From the human T2T-CHM13v2.0 reference genome, Homo sapiens: 64,000 nt of DNA. The DNA lies in NCBI GenBank assembly GCA_009914755.4, contig CP068257.2, positions 8,096,001-8,160,000 of the forward strand, given 5' to 3'. Each line of letters opens with the position of its first letter. The stretch's first letter is position 1. This document shows, piece by piece, positions 1-13,330 of the stretch. The notes below the pieces were generated by a model, which was not told the DNA's origin, did no database searches, and saw only the letters and a list, made by a program, of their open reading frames with translations. A program made the translations under genes and the position numbers.

Positions 1-189
1 CTCCAATACACTCCATTCCACTCCATTCCATTCCATTCCGTTCCATTCCATTCCATTCCACTCCACTCAATTCCATTCCACTCCATTCCACTCCACTCCA
101 ATCCACTCCACTCCACTCCACTCCATTGCATTCCATTCCATTCTAAATCCATTCCATTACATTCCATAATAAATCCGCTCCATTCCCTT

Positions 190-258
190 CCTTTCTTTCG
201 ACAGGATTTCACTCTGTCACTCAGGCTGGAGTGCAGTGCACAATCTCAGTTCACATTT
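190..258 (-). mobile_element. Alu 3-prime terminal fragment (~55 bp plus A-rich tail), antisense on +, CpG-decayed, copy 1 of 22
   Basis: + strand cctttctttcgacaggatttcactctgtcactcaggctggagtgcagtgcacaatctcagttcac is the reverse complement of the Alu end GTGAGCCGAGAT..CACTGCACTCCAGCCTGGG.GACAGAG.GAGA..GTC.AAAA. Confidence 0.85.
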
Positions 259-923
259 CTTTTCACCATTCCATTCCATGCCATTGTATTCCATTCTATT
301 CCACTCCACTCCGTACAATTCCATTCCTCCCCATTACATTCCACTCCACTACCTTCCACTCCACTCCTCTCCACTCCATTCAATTCCATTCTACCCCATT
401 CCATTCCACTTCATTCCACTCCATTCCACTCCACTTCACCGCATTCCAATCGATTCCATTCGATACCATTCCATTCCATTCCATTCCATTCCATTCCATT
501 TGATTCCACTTGATTTCATTTACATTCCATTTCACTCCATTCCATTCCACTCCATTCCACTCCACTTCATTCCACTCCACTCCATTCCACTCCATTCCAC
601 TGCACTCCAATCCACTCCACTCAACTTCAATCAACTCCACTCCATTCCATTCCACTCCATTCTACACCTTTCCACTATACTCCATTCCATTCCATCCCAT
701 TCCTTTCCACTCCATTCCACTCCACTCCACTACACCCCACTCCACTCCACTGCACTCCATTCCATTCCATTCCATAAGAATCCATACCACACCATTCCAC
801 TCCACTCCACTCCACTCCATGATAATCCACTCTACTCCACTCCATTCCATTCCATTCCATTCCATTCCATTTTAAATCCATTCAATTCCATTCCATTCCA
901 TTTTAAATCCATTCAATTCCATT

Positions 924-990
924 CCTTTCTTTTGACAGGATCTCACTAGGTCACCCAGGCTGGAGTGCAGTGCACAATCTCAGCTCACAT
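924..990 (-). mobile_element. Alu 3-prime fragment copy 2 (ctaggtcaccc variant)
   Basis: cctttcttttgacaggatctcactaggtcacccaggctggagtgcagtgcacaatctcagctcac. Confidence 0.85.
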
Positions 991-1864
991 TTCATTTCAC
1001 CATTCCATTCCATTCCATTCCATTCCATTCCATTCCATTCCATTGCATTCCATTCCGCTTCACTCCACTCCACTCTGTTCCATTCCATTCCTTCCCTTTC
1101 CATTCCACTCCACTCCGTTCCATTCCATTCCTTCCCTTTCCATTCCACTCCACTCCATTCCACTCCACTCCATTGAATTCGATTCCACCCCATTCCATTC
1201 CACTCCATTCCACTCCACTCCACACCATTTCACCGCATTCCATTCCATTCCACTCCATTCCATTCCATTCCATTTGATTCCTTTCGATTCCATTCCAATT
1301 CATTCCATTCCATTCCACTCCACTCCACTCCACTCCACTCCATTTAATTCCATTCCACTCCATTCCATTCCACACCATTCCACTCCACTCCACAACATTT
1401 CACCGCATTCCGTTCCATTCCACTCCTTTCCATTCCATTCCATTTGATTCCTTTCGATTCCATTCCAATTCATTCCATTCCATTCCACTCCACTCCACTC
1501 CATTGAACTGCACTCCATTCCACTCCACCCATTCCATTCCATTCCACTCCATTCCACTCCACTCCAGTCCATTCCACTCTATTACACTCCACTCAATTCC
1601 ACTCCATTCCACTGCACTCAATTACATTCCACTCCACCCCATACCATTCCACTCCAGTCCATTCCACTCCACTCCAGTCCATTCCAATCCACTCCATTTC
1701 ATTCCACTCCACTCCATTCCACTCCACTCCACTCCTCTCCACTCCACTCCACTCCATTCCATTCCATCCCACTCCATTCCAGTCCTCTCCATTCCACTGC
1801 ACTCCACTCCACTCCACGCCACTCCACTCCACTCCATTCCATTCTAAATCCATTCCTTTCCATT

Positions 1865-1935
1865 CCTTTCTTTTGACAGGGTCTCAGTCTATCACCCAGG
1901 CTGCACTGAGGTGCACAATCTCAGTTCATATTTCA
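1865..1935 (-). mobile_element. Alu 3-prime fragment copy 3 (gggtctca...gcactgaggtgcac variant, near-identical to copy 18)
   Basis: cctttcttttgacagggtctcagtctatcacccaggctgcactgaggtgcacaatctcagttcat. Confidence 0.85.
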
Positions 1936-2461
1936 TTTCCCCATTCCATTCCATTCCATTCCATTCCATTCCATTCCATTCCATTCCATTCTATTCCAAT
2001 GCATTCCATTCCATTCCATTGCATTCCATTCCACTCCACTCCACCCCACTCCAGTCAATTCCATTCCTTCCCATTCCATTCGATTTGATTCCATTCCACT
2101 CCACTCCACTCCATTGAATTCCATTCCACCCCATTCCATTCCACTCCATTCCACTGCACTCCAATCCACTCCACTCAACTTCAATCCACTCCACTCAACT
2201 CCAGTCCACTGCACTCCATTCCATTCCACTCCATTCTACACCTTTCCACTCCACTCCATTCCATCCCATCCCATTCCATTCCACTCCATTCCACTCCACT
2301 CCACTACACCCCACTCCACTCCACTGCACTCCATTCCATTCCATTCCATAAGAATCCATACCACACCATTCCACTCCACTCCACTCCACTCCACTCCATG
2401 ATAATCCACTCTACTCCACTCCATTCCATTCCATTCCATTTTAAATCCATTCAATTCCATT

Positions 2462-2530
2462 CCTTTCTTTTGACAGGATCTCACTAGGTCACCCAGGCTG
2501 CAGTGCAGTGCACAATCTCAGCTCACATTT
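2462..2530 (-). mobile_element. Alu 3-prime fragment copy 4
   Basis: cctttcttttgacaggatctcactaggtcacccaggctgcagtgcagtgcacaatctcagctcac. Confidence 0.85.
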
Positions 2531-3008
2531 CATTTCACCATTCCATTCCATTCCATTCCATTGCATTCCATTCCACTCCACCCCACCCCACTCCAGTCAA
2601 TTCCATTCCTTCCCATTCCATTCGATTTGATTCCATTCCACTACACTCCACTCCATTGAATTCCATTCCACCCCATTCCATTCCACTCCATTCCACTGTA
2701 CTCCAATCCACTCCACTCAACTTCAATCCACTCCACTCAACTCCAGTCCACTGCACTCCATTCCATTCCACTCCATTCTACACCTTTCCACTCCACTCCA
2801 TTCCATTCCATCCCATTCCATTCCACTCCATTCCACTCCACTCCACTACACCCCACTCCACTCCACTGCACTCCATTCCATTCCATTCCATAAGAATCCA
2901 TACCACACCATTCTATTCCACTCCACTCCACTCCACTCCATGATAATCCACTCTAATCCACTCCACTCCATTCCAGTCCATTCCATTTTAAATCCATTCA
3001 ATTCCATT

Positions 3009-3078
3009 CCTTTCTTTTGACAGGATCTCACTAGGTCACCCAGGCTGCAGTGCAGTGCACAATCTCAGCTCACATTTC
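3009..3078 (-). mobile_element. Alu 3-prime fragment copy 5 (same variant as copy 4)
   Basis: Identical motif string to copy 4. Confidence 0.85.
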
Positions 3079-4172
3079 ATTTCACCATTCCATTCCATTC
3101 CATTCCATTCCATTCCATTCCATTCCATTCCATTCCGCTTCACTCCACTCCACTCCACTCCGTTCCATTCCACTCCACTCCACTCCGTTCCATTCCATTC
3201 CTTCCCTTTCCATTCCACTCCACTCCATTCCACTCCACTCCATTGAATTCGATTCCACCCCATTCCATTCCACTTCATTCCACTCCACTCCACACCATTT
3301 CACCACATTCCATTCCATTCCATTTGATTCCTTTTGATTCCATTCCAATTCATTCCATTCCATTCCACTCCACTCCACTCCACTCAATTCCATTCCACCC
3401 CATTCCATTGCACACCATTCCACTCCACTCCACATTTCACCGCATTCCGTTCCATTCCACTCCATTCCATTCCATTCCATTTGATTCCTTTCGATTCCAT
3501 TCCAATTCATTCCATTCCATTCCACTCCACTCCACTCCATTGAACTGCACTCCATTCCACTCCACTCCACCCCATTCCATTCCATTCCACTCCATTCCAC
3601 TCCACTTCAGTCCATTCCACTCCATTCCACTCCACTCAATTCCACTCCATTCCACTGCACTCAATTACATTCCACTCCACCCCATACCATTCCATTCCAG
3701 TCCATTCCATTCCATTCCACTCCAGTCCATTCCACTCCACTCCAGTCCATTCCAATCCACTCCATTTCATTCCACTCCACTCCATTCCATTCCACTCCAC
3801 TTCACTCCACTCCACTCCATTCCACTCCACTCCACTCCAGTGTTCTCCATTCCACTGCAGTCCACTCCATTCCACTCTGTTCCATTCCACTGCACTCAAC
3901 TCCCCTCCACTCCACTCCAATCCACTATATTCCATTCTATTCCATTCTACACCTTTCCACTCCATTCCACTCCACTCAAAACCATTCCATCCCATTCCAT
4001 TCCTCTCCATTCCACTCCAATCCACTCCACTCCACTCCACTCCACTCTATTCCATTCCATTCCATAACAATCCATACCACTCAATTCCACTCCACTCCAC
4101 TCCACTCCACGCCACTGCACTCCACTCCACTCAATTCCATTCCATTCCATTGTAAATCCATTCCATTCCACT

Positions 4173-4243
4173 CCTTTCTTTTGATGGGATCTCACTCTGT
4201 CACCCAGGCTGGAGTTCAGTGCACAATCTTAGCTAACATTTCA
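4173..4243 (-). mobile_element. Alu 3-prime fragment copy 6
   Basis: cctttcttttgatgggatctcactctgtcacccaggctggagttcagtgcacaatcttagctaac. Confidence 0.8.
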
Positions 4244-4649
4244 TGTCACCATTCCATTCCATTCCATTCCATTCCTTTCGATTCCATTCCATTTCATTCC
4301 ATTCCATTCCATTCCACTCCACTCCACCCCACTACACTCCATTCCACTCTATTCCTCTACACTCCATTCCACTACACTCCACTCAACTCCACTCCACTCC
4401 AGTCAACTCCATTCCATTCCATTCCATTCTATAAATTTCCACTCCTCTCCACTCCATTCCATTCCATCCCATTCCATTCCACTCCATTCCAGTCCACTCC
4501 ATTCCACCCCACTCCAATACACTCCACTCCATTACATTCCGTTCCATAACAATCCATACCACTCCATTCCACTGCACTCCACTCCACTCCACGCCACTTC
4601 ATTCCACTCCATTCCATTACATTCCATTCTAAATCCATTCCATTCCAAT

Positions 4650-4720
4650 CCTTTCTTTCAACAGGATCTCACTCTATCAACCAGGCTGCACTGCACTGCA
4701 CAATCTAAGCTCACATTTCA
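4650..4720 (-). mobile_element. Alu 3-prime fragment copy 7
   Basis: cctttctttcaacaggatctcactctatcaaccaggctgcactgcactgcacaatctaagctcac. Confidence 0.8.
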
Positions 4721-5220
4721 TTTCACCATTCCATTCCATTCCATTGCATTCTATTCCATTCCAATGCATTCCATTCCATTCCACTCCACTCCACTACACT
4801 CCATTCAATTCCATGCCTTCCGATTCCATTCCATTCAATTCCATTCCACTCCACTCCACTCCATTGAATTCCATTCCACCCCATTCCATTCCACTCCATT
4901 CCACTTCAGCACATTCCATTCGATTCCATTCAATGCCATTTGTTTCCATTCGATTCAATTCCATACAATTCCATTCGATTCCATTTTTTCCTTTTGATTC
5001 CGTTTGATTCCATTCGATTCCATTCGATTCGATTCCATTCGGTTCGATTTGATTTGATTCGATTCCATTCGATTCCATACGATTCCATTCCGTTCCATTC
5101 CGCTCCACTCCATTCCACTCCACTCCATTGCACTCCACTCCATTCCACCTCATACCATTCCACTTCATTCCATTCCATTCCATTTCATTCCATTGCATTC
5201 TAAATCCATTCCATTCCATT

Positions 5221-5290
5221 CCTTTCTTTTGACAGGATCTCACTCTCTCACCCAAGCTGGAGTGCAGTGCACAATCTCAGCTCACATTTC
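5221..5290 (-). mobile_element. Alu 3-prime fragment copy 8
   Basis: cctttcttttgacaggatctcactctctcacccaagctggagtgcagtgcacaatctcagctcac. Confidence 0.85.
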
Positions 5291-5717
5291 AATTCACCAT
5301 TCCATGCCATTCTATTCCATTTCATTCCATTCCATTCCATTCCACTCCATTGCATTCCATTCCTTTCCACTCCACTCCACTTCACTCCATTCCACTCCAC
5401 TCCATTCCCTTTCATTCCAATCCACTCCACTCCATTCCACTCCATTTCACTAAACTCCACTCCACTCCATTCCACTCCACTCCACTCCATTCCATTCCAT
5501 TCTACACCTTTCCACTTCACTCCACTCCACTCCACTCCATTCCATTCCACTCCACTCCACTCCATTCCACTCCACTCCACCCCACAGCACTCCACTTCAC
5601 TCCATTGCATTCCATTCCATAACAATCCATACCATTCTGCTCCACTCCACTCCACTCCCAGCCACTTCACTCCACTTCATTCCATTACATTCCATTGTAA
5701 ATCTATTCCATTCCATT

Positions 5718-5790
5718 CCTTTTTTTATGAAAGGATCTCACTCTGTCACCCAGGTTGGAGTGCAGTGCACAGTCTCAGCTCACATATCAT
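5718..5790 (-). mobile_element. Alu 3-prime fragment copy 9
   Basis: cctttttttatgaaaggatctcactctgtcacccaggttggagtgcagtgcacagtctcagctcac. Confidence 0.8.
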
Positions 5791-6491
5791 TTCACTATTC
5801 CAGACCATTCCATTCCATTGCATTCCATTCCACACCACTCCACTCCACTCCATTCAATTCCATTCCTTCCCAGTGCATTCCACTCCAATCCATTCCACTC
5901 CACTTCACTCCACTCCATTAAATTTCATTCCACCCCATTCCATTCCACTCCACTCCAGTTCACCACATTCCATTCAATTCCATTCGATGCCATTCCATTC
6001 CATTCCATTCCATTCCATTCCATTCCAATCCATTCCACTTCACTCCATTCCACTCCATTCCACTCCACTCCACTCCATTCCATTCCCTTCCATTCCATTC
6101 CATTCCACTCCATTCCATTCCATTCCATTCCACTCAATTCCATTCCACTGCACTCCACTCCATTCCACTCAATTCCATTCCACTGCACTCCACTCCATTC
6201 CACTCCACTCTGCTCGACTCCATTCCATGCCATTCCACCCCCCTCCATTTCACTTCTTTTCACTCCATTCCTTTCCATTCCATTCCATTCCATACCACTC
6301 CACTCCATGCCATTCCACCCCCCTCCATGTCACTTCTTTTCACTCCATTCCTTTACATTCCATTCCATTCCATTCCACTCCACTCCATTCCACTCCACTC
6401 CATTCCACTCCACTCCACTCCACTCCGTTCCATTACGTTCCATTCTAAATCCATTCCATTATATTGCATTCTAAATCCATTCCATTCCCTT

Positions 6492-6562
6492 CCTTTCTTT
6501 CGACAGGATCTCACTCTTTCTCCCAGGCTAGAGTGCAGTGCGCAATCTCAGCTCACATTTCA
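6492..6562 (-). mobile_element. Alu 3-prime fragment copy 10
   Basis: cctttctttcgacaggatctcactctttctcccaggctagagtgcagtgcgcaatctcagctcac. Confidence 0.8.
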
Positions 6563-6718
6563 TTGCACCATTCAGTTCTATTCCATTCCATTGCATTTCA
6601 TTCCACTCCACTCTGTTCAATCCCATTCCTTCCCATTCCATTCCACTCCACTCCACTCCACGCTAATCCACTCCACTCCACTCCATTACATTCTATTTTA
6701 AATCCATTCAATTCCATT

Positions 6719-6790
6719 CCTTTCTTTGGACAGGATCGCACTACATCACCCGGGCTGCATTGCACTGCAGAATCTCAGCTCACATTTCAT
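6719..6790 (-). mobile_element. Alu 3-prime fragment copy 11 (only ~227 bp after copy 10, so an extra short subunit)
   Basis: cctttctttggacaggatcgcactacatcacccgggctgcattgcactgcagaatctcagctcac. Confidence 0.8.
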
Positions 6791-7232
6791 TTCACCATTC
6801 CATTCCATTCCATTCCATTGCATTCCATTCCACTCCACTCCCCTGCACTCCGTTCAAATCCATTCCTTCCCATTCCATTTGATTCCATTCCACTCCACTC
6901 CAGTCCATTGAATTCCATTCCACCCCATTCCATTCCACTCCATTCCACTCCACTCCATTCCAGTTCTCCGTATTCCATTCGATTCCATTTGATTCGATTC
7001 CATTCAATTCCATTCGATTCCATTTTTTCCATTCAATTCCGTTCGATTCCATTTGATTCCATTTTCTATTCCATTCGATTCGATTCTATTCCATTCGATT
7101 CCATTCCACTCCATTCCACTCCACTCCACTCCACTCTATTCAACTCCACTCCATTCCACCCCATTCCATTCCACCGCATTCCATTCCATTCCATTTCAAT
7201 CCATTCCATTCTAAATCCATTCCAATCCATTA

Positions 7233-7302
7233 TTTTCTTTTGACAGGATCTCACTCTCTCACCCAGGCTGGAGGGCAGTGCACAATCTCAGCTCACATTT
7301 CG
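7233..7302 (-). mobile_element. Alu 3-prime fragment copy 12 (paralog of copy 8)
   Basis: ttttcttttgacaggatctcactctctcacccaggctggagggcagtgcacaatctcagctcac. Confidence 0.85.
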
Positions 7303-7831
7303 TTTCACCATTCCATGCCATTCCACTCCATTGCATTCGATTCCATTCCATTCCACTCCATTGCATTCCATTCCATTCCACTCCACTCCACTCCACTCCA
7401 TTCCACTCCACTCCATTCCAGTCCAGTCCACTCCATTCCATTCCACTCCACTCCATTTCATTCGAACCCACTCCACTCCTTTCCACTCCATTCCAGTAAA
7501 CTCCACTCCACTCCACTCCATTCCACTCCATGCCATTCCACTCCATTCCATTCCACTCTACTCAATTCCACTCCACTCCACTCCACTCCATTCCATTCCA
7601 TTCTACACCTTTCCACTCTACTCCACTCAACTCCACTCCATTCCATTACATCGCATTCCATGCCACTCCATTCAACTCCACTCCACTCAACCCCACAGCA
7701 CTCCACTCCACTCCATTGAATTCCATTCCATAACAATCCATACCATTCCATTCCACTCCACTCCAATCCACTCCAAGCCACTCTATTCCACTCCATTCCA
7801 TTACATTCCATTGTAAATCCATTCCATTCCT

Positions 7832-7905
7832 TTCCGTTCTTATGACAGGATCTCACTCTGTCACCCAAGTTGGAGTACAGTGCACAGTCTCAGCTGACAT
7901 ATCAT
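7832..7905 (-). mobile_element. Alu 3-prime fragment copy 13 (paralog of copy 9)
   Basis: tatgacaggatctcactctgtcacccaagttggagtacagtgcacagtctcagctgac. Confidence 0.8.
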
Positions 7906-8552
7906 TTCACCATTCCAGTCCATTCCATTCCATTGCATTCCATTCCACACCACTCCACTCCACTCCGTTCAATTCCATTCCTTCCCAGTCCATTCCACTC
8001 CACTCCATTCCATTCCACTTCACTCCACTCCATTAAATTACGTTCCACCCCATTCCATTCCACTCCATTCCACTCCACTCCACTTCACCACATTCCATTC
8101 AATTCCATTCGATGACTTTCAATTCCATTCTATTCGATTCCATTCCATTCCATTTGATTCCATTCCATTTGATTCCAATCCATTCCATTCCATTACACTC
8201 AATTCCACTCTATTCCAATCCACTCTACTCCACTCCATTCCACTCTATTCCAATCCAATCTACTCCACTCCACTCCATTCCATTCCCTTCCATTGTATGG
8301 CATTCCACTCCATTCCATTCCATTCCACTCAATGTCGTTCTATTCCACTCCACTCCATTTAACTCCACTCCGCTCGACTGCATTCCATGCCATTCCACCC
8401 CACTCCATTTCACTTCTCTTCACTCCATTCCATTCCATTCCACTCCATTTCACTCCACTCCATTCCGCTCCACTCCAATCTACTCCGTTTCATTACATTC
8501 CATTCTAAATCCATTCCATTATATTCCATTCTAAATCCATTTCATTCCCTTC

Positions 8553-8622
8553 ATTTCTTTCGACAGGATCTCACACCGTCACCCAGGCTGGAATGCAGTG
8601 CGCAATCTCGGCTCACATTTCA
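8553..8622 (-). mobile_element. Alu 3-prime fragment copy 14 (paralog of copy 10)
   Basis: catttctttcgacaggatctcacaccgtcacccaggctggaatgcagtgcgcaatctcggctcac. Confidence 0.8.
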
Positions 8623-9558
8623 TTTCAGCATTCCATTTGATTCCATTCCATTGCATTTCATTCTACTCCACTCCACTCCACTCAGTTCAATTCCATTCCT
8701 TCCCATTCCTTTCCACTCCACTCCATTCTACTCCACTCCACTCCATTCATTTCTATTCCACCCCTTTTCATTCCACTCCATTCAAATCCACTCCACTGCA
8801 TTTCACCGCATTCCATTTGATTCTGTTCCATTCATTTCCATTCCATTGCCTTCAACTCCATTCAATTCCTTTCGATTCCATTCCATTTGATTCCATTTGA
8901 TTCGATTCGATTCGATTTCATTCCATTCCATTGCCTTCCATTACATTCCATTCCACTTCACTCCCTTCCGTTTCATTCTATTCCATTCCACTACACCCCA
9001 CTATACTCCAATACACTCCACTCCATTCCACTGCACTGCAATCCACTCCGCTAAACTCCACTCCACTCCTCTCCATTGCATTCTATTCTACACCTTTCCA
9101 CTCCACTCCACTCCACTTCACCGCATTCCAATCGATTCCATTCGATGCCATTCGATTCCATTCCATTCCATTTCATTCCATTCCATTCCATTTGATTCGA
9201 TTCGATTCCATTCCATTCCATTGCACTCCACTCCACTCCACTCCATTCCACTCCAATCCATTCAACTCCATTCCACTGCCCTTCAATCCACTCCACTCAT
9301 ATCCAATCCACTCCACTCCACTCCCTTCCAATCCATTCTACACCATTCCACTCCACTCCACTCCACTCCACTCCATTACATTTCATCTCATTCCATTCCA
9401 CTCCATTCCACTCCACTACACCCCACTCCGGTCCACTGAATTCCATTTGATTCCATAAGAATCCATACAACTCCATTCCACTCCAGTCCACTCCACGCTA
9501 TTCCACTCTACTCCACTCAATTCTATTACCTTCCATTTAAAATCCATTCCATTCCATT

Positions 9559-9630
9559 CCTTTCTTTTGACAGGATCTCACTAGGTCACCCAGGCTGGAT
9601 TGCAGTGCATAATCTCAGCTCACATTTGAT
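9559..9630 (-). mobile_element. Alu 3-prime fragment copy 15
   Basis: cctttcttttgacaggatctcactaggtcacccaggctggattgcagtgcataatctcagctcac. Confidence 0.85.
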
Positions 9631-10516
9631 TTCTCCATTCCATTCCATTGTATTCCATTCCACTTCACTCCACTCCACTCCACTCCATTCAATTCCATTC
9701 CTTCCCATCCCATTCTACTCCTCGCCATTCCACTCCACTCCACTCCATTGAATTCCATTCCACCCCATTCCATTCCAGTCCATTCCACTCCACTCCACAA
9801 TATTTCACCACATTCCATTCCATTCCATTCCATTCCATTCCATTCCAATTTCTTTCGATTCCATTCCATTTCATTCCGTTCCATTCCATTCCACTCCACT
9901 TCACTCCACTCCATTACACTGCACTCCATTCCACTCCACTCCACTCCATTCCATTCCATTCCACTCCATTCCACTCCAGTCAGGTCCATTCTACTCCATT
10001 CCACTCCACTGCATTCCACTCCACTCCAATGCACTCCATTCCATTCCACTCCACTCCATACCATTCCACCCCAGTCCATTCCATTCCACTCCAGTCCATT
10101 CCACTCCACTGCAGTCCATTCCACTCCATTCCATTCCATTCCACTCCACTCCATTCCATTCCACTCCACTTCACTCCACTCCACTTCACTCCACTCTGCT
10201 CCATTCCACTCCACTCAACTCCATTCCACTCCATTCCATTCCACTGCACTCAACTCCCCTCCAATCCACTCCACTCCACTATACTTCATTACATTCCATT
10301 CTACACCTTTCCACTCCACTCCACTCCCTTCCATTCCTTTCCATCTCATTCCATTCCACTCCATTACACTCCACTCCACTTCACCCCACTCCACTCCATT
10401 CCATTCCATTCTATAAGAATCCATACCACTCCATTCCACTCCACTCCACTCCACACGACTCCACTCCACTCCAGTCCATTCCATTACATTCCATTTTATA
10501 TCTGTTCCATTCCATT

Positions 10517-10590
10517 CGTTTCTTTTGACAGGATCTCACTAGGTCACCCAAGCTGGAGTGCAGTGCACAATCTCAGCTCACAATTCATTT
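10517..10590 (-). mobile_element. Alu 3-prime fragment copy 16
   Basis: cgtttcttttgacaggatctcactaggtcacccaagctggagtgcagtgcacaatctcagctcac. Confidence 0.85.
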
Positions 10591-11567
10591 CACCACTCCA
10601 TTCCATTGCATTCCACTCCACTCCACTAAACTCCACTCTGTTCAATTCCATTCCTTCCCATTCCATTCCACTCGACTCCATGCCACTCCACTGCACTCCA
10701 TTCCATTTAATTCCATTCCACCCCATTCCATTCCACTCCATTCCACTCCTCTCCACAACATTTCATCGCATTCCATTCCATTCCATTCCACCACACTACA
10801 CTCCATTGCACTGCACTCCATGCCACTCCACTCCAATCCATTCCATTCCATTCCACTCCAATCCACTCCACTCCAGTCCATTCCACTCCACTCCATTCTA
10901 CTCCAGTCCACTCTACTGCACTCCAGTCCATTCCACTCCACCCCATACCATTCCACTCCACTCCATTCCATTCCACACCAGTCCATTCCACTCCACTCCA
11001 TTGCTTTCCACTCCACTCCATTCCATTCCACTCCACTCCATTCACTCCACTCCACTCCACTCTGCTCCATTCCACTCCACTCCACTCCACTCCTCTCCAT
11101 TCCACTCCACTGCATTCCACTCCATTCCATAACACTGCACTCAACTCCCCTCCCCTTCACTCCACTATATTCCATTCCTTTCCATTCTACACCTTTCCAC
11201 TCCACTCTACTCCTCTCCATTCCATTCCATCCCAATCCATTCCACTCCATTCCCCTCCACACCACTCCACTCCACCCAACTATACTCCACTCAACTCCAT
11301 TCCATTCCATTCCATAACAGTACATACCACTAAATTCCACTCCACTCTACTCTATGCCACTGCACTCCACTTCATTCCATTCCATCCCATTCCATTCCAC
11401 TCCATTCCACTCCACTCCACCCCACTTCACTCCACTCCACTCCATTCCATTCCATTCCATAAAAATCTATACAACTCAATTCCACTCCACTCCACTCCAT
11501 TCCACGCCACTCCACTCCACTCCACTCAATTACATTACATTCCATTGTAAATCCATTCCATTCCATT

Positions 11568-11638
11568 CCTTTCTTTTGAAGGAATCTCACTCTGTCACCT
11601 AGGCTGGAGTGCAGTGCACAATCTCAGCTCACATTTCA
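11568..11638 (-). mobile_element. Alu 3-prime fragment copy 17
   Basis: cctttcttttgaaggaatctcactctgtcacctaggctggagtgcagtgcacaatctcagctcac. Confidence 0.85.
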
Positions 11639-12014
11639 TTTCACCATTCTATTCCATTCCATTCCATTGCATTCCATTCCATTCCTTTCGATTCCATTCC
11701 ACTCCACCCCACTCCACTCCATTCCACTACACTCCATTCCACTCCATTCCATTCCATTCCACTCAACTCCACTCCACTCCACTCGACTCAATTCCATTCC
11801 ATTGCATTCCATTCTACACATTTCCTCTCCACTCCACTCCGTTCCATTCCATTCCATTCCATCCCACTGCATTCCAGTCCTCTCCATTCCACCCCCCACC
11901 ACTCCACTCCACTCCATTCCATTCCATAACAATCCATACCTCTCCATTCCACTGCACTCCACTCCACGCCACTCCACTCCACTCCATTCTATTCTAAATC
12001 CATTCCTTTCCATT

Positions 12015-12085
12015 CCTTTCTTTTGACAGGGTCTCACTCTATCACCCAGGCTGCACTGAGGTGCACAATCTCAGTTCATATTTCA
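12015..12085 (-). mobile_element. Alu 3-prime fragment copy 18 (same variant as copy 3, 10.15 kb away)
   Basis: cctttcttttgacagggtctcactctatcacccaggctgcactgaggtgcacaatctcagttcat. Confidence 0.85.
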
Positions 12086-12620
12086 TTTCCCCATTCCATT
12101 CCATTCCATTCCATTCCATTCCATTCCATTCCATTCCAATGCATTCCATTCCATTCCATTGCATTCCATTCGACTCCACTCCACTCCACTCCAGTCAATT
12201 CCATTCCTTCCCATTCCATTCGGTTTGATTCCATTCCACTCCACTCCACTCCATTGAATTCCATTCCACCCCATTCCATTCCACTCCATTCCACTGCACT
12301 CCATTCCTCTTCACCGCATTCCATTCGATTCCATTGATGCCATTTGATTCCATTTGATTCGATTCCATTCGAATCCATTTTTTCATTCGATTCCATTCGA
12401 TTCCATTCGACTCGATTCCATTCAATTCGATTTGATTCCATTCGATTCCATTCCATTACATTCCACTCCACTCCACTCCATTCCATTCCATTCCATTCCG
12501 TTTTTCTAAATCCATTCCATTCCATTCCATTCCATTCCATTCCATTCCATTCCATTTTTCTAAATCCATTCCATTCCATTCCATTCCATTCCATTCTTTC
12601 TAAATCCATTCCATTGCATT

Positions 12621-12692
12621 CCTTTCTTTTCACAGGATCTCACTCTCTTACCCAGGCTGGAGTGTAGTGCACAATCTCAGCTCACATTTCAT
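12621..12692 (-). mobile_element. Alu 3-prime fragment copy 19
   Basis: cctttcttttcacaggatctcactctcttacccaggctggagtgtagtgcacaatctcagctcac. Confidence 0.85.
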
Positions 12693-13259
12693 TTCACCAT
12701 TCTATGCCATTCCATTCCATTGCATTCTATTCCATTCCATTCCAATCCTTTGCATTCCATTCCATTCCACTCCACTCTACTCCATTCCACTTCACTCCAT
12801 TCCATTCCAGTCCACTCCATTCCTCACCACTCCACTCCACAACACTCCACTCCCTTTCATTCCAATCCACTCCACTCCATTCCACTAAACTAAACTGTAC
12901 TCCACACCACTCCACTCCATTCCAATCCACTCCACTCCATTCCACTCAATTCCACTCCATTCCACTCCATTCCATTCCATTCTACACATTTCCACTCCAT
13001 TCCACTCCACTCCTCTCCATTCCATTCCATCCCATTCCATTCCACTTCATTCCACTCCACTACACCCCACAGCACTCCATTCCACCCCATTGAATTCCAT
13101 TCCATAACAATCCATACCATTCCATTCCACTCCACTCCATTCCATTCCACTCCACTCCACTGCACTCCATTCCGTTACATTCCTTTCTATATCCATTCCA
13201 TTATATTCCACTCTAAATCCGTTCCATTATATTCCATTCTAAATCCATTCCATTCCCTT

Positions 13260-13330
13260 CCTTTCTTTCAACAGGATCTCACTCTGTCACCCAGTATGGA
13301 GTGCAGTGTAGATTCTCAGCTCACATTTCA
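13260..13330 (-). mobile_element. Alu 3-prime fragment copy 20
   Basis: cctttctttcaacaggatctcactctgtcacccagtatggagtgcagtgtagattctcagctcac. Confidence 0.8.

Larger units (their letters stand above)
1865..3008 (+). repeat. Two near-identical tandem ~0.55-0.6 kb Alu-initiated subunits (1865-2461 and 2462-3008)
   Basis: By eye the same motif succession recurs in both units (attgcattccattccactcc ... ctgcactccaatccactccactcaacttcaatcc ... ccataagaatccataccacacc ... ccattttaaatccattcaattccattcctttcttttgacagg) with only scattered differences. Confidence 0.8.
5221..7232 (+). repeat. ~2.0 kb higher-order repeat copy 1 in domain A (Alu-initiated subunits 8, 9, 10, plus extra short subunit 11)
   Basis: Alu copies 8/9/10 each have a diagnostic paralog (12/13/14) 2.0-2.1 kb downstream sharing private variants (ctctctcaccc...accattccatgccatt; caggttggagt.cagtgcacagtctcagct.acatatc; gcagtgcgcaatctc...attgcatttcatt). 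Confidence 0.65.
7233..9300 (+). repeat. ~2.0 kb higher-order repeat copy 2 (subunits 12, 13, 14); the 3-prime end is uncertain
   Basis: Paralogous variant sharing with 5221-7232, lacking the extra copy-11-type subunit. Confidence 0.5.
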
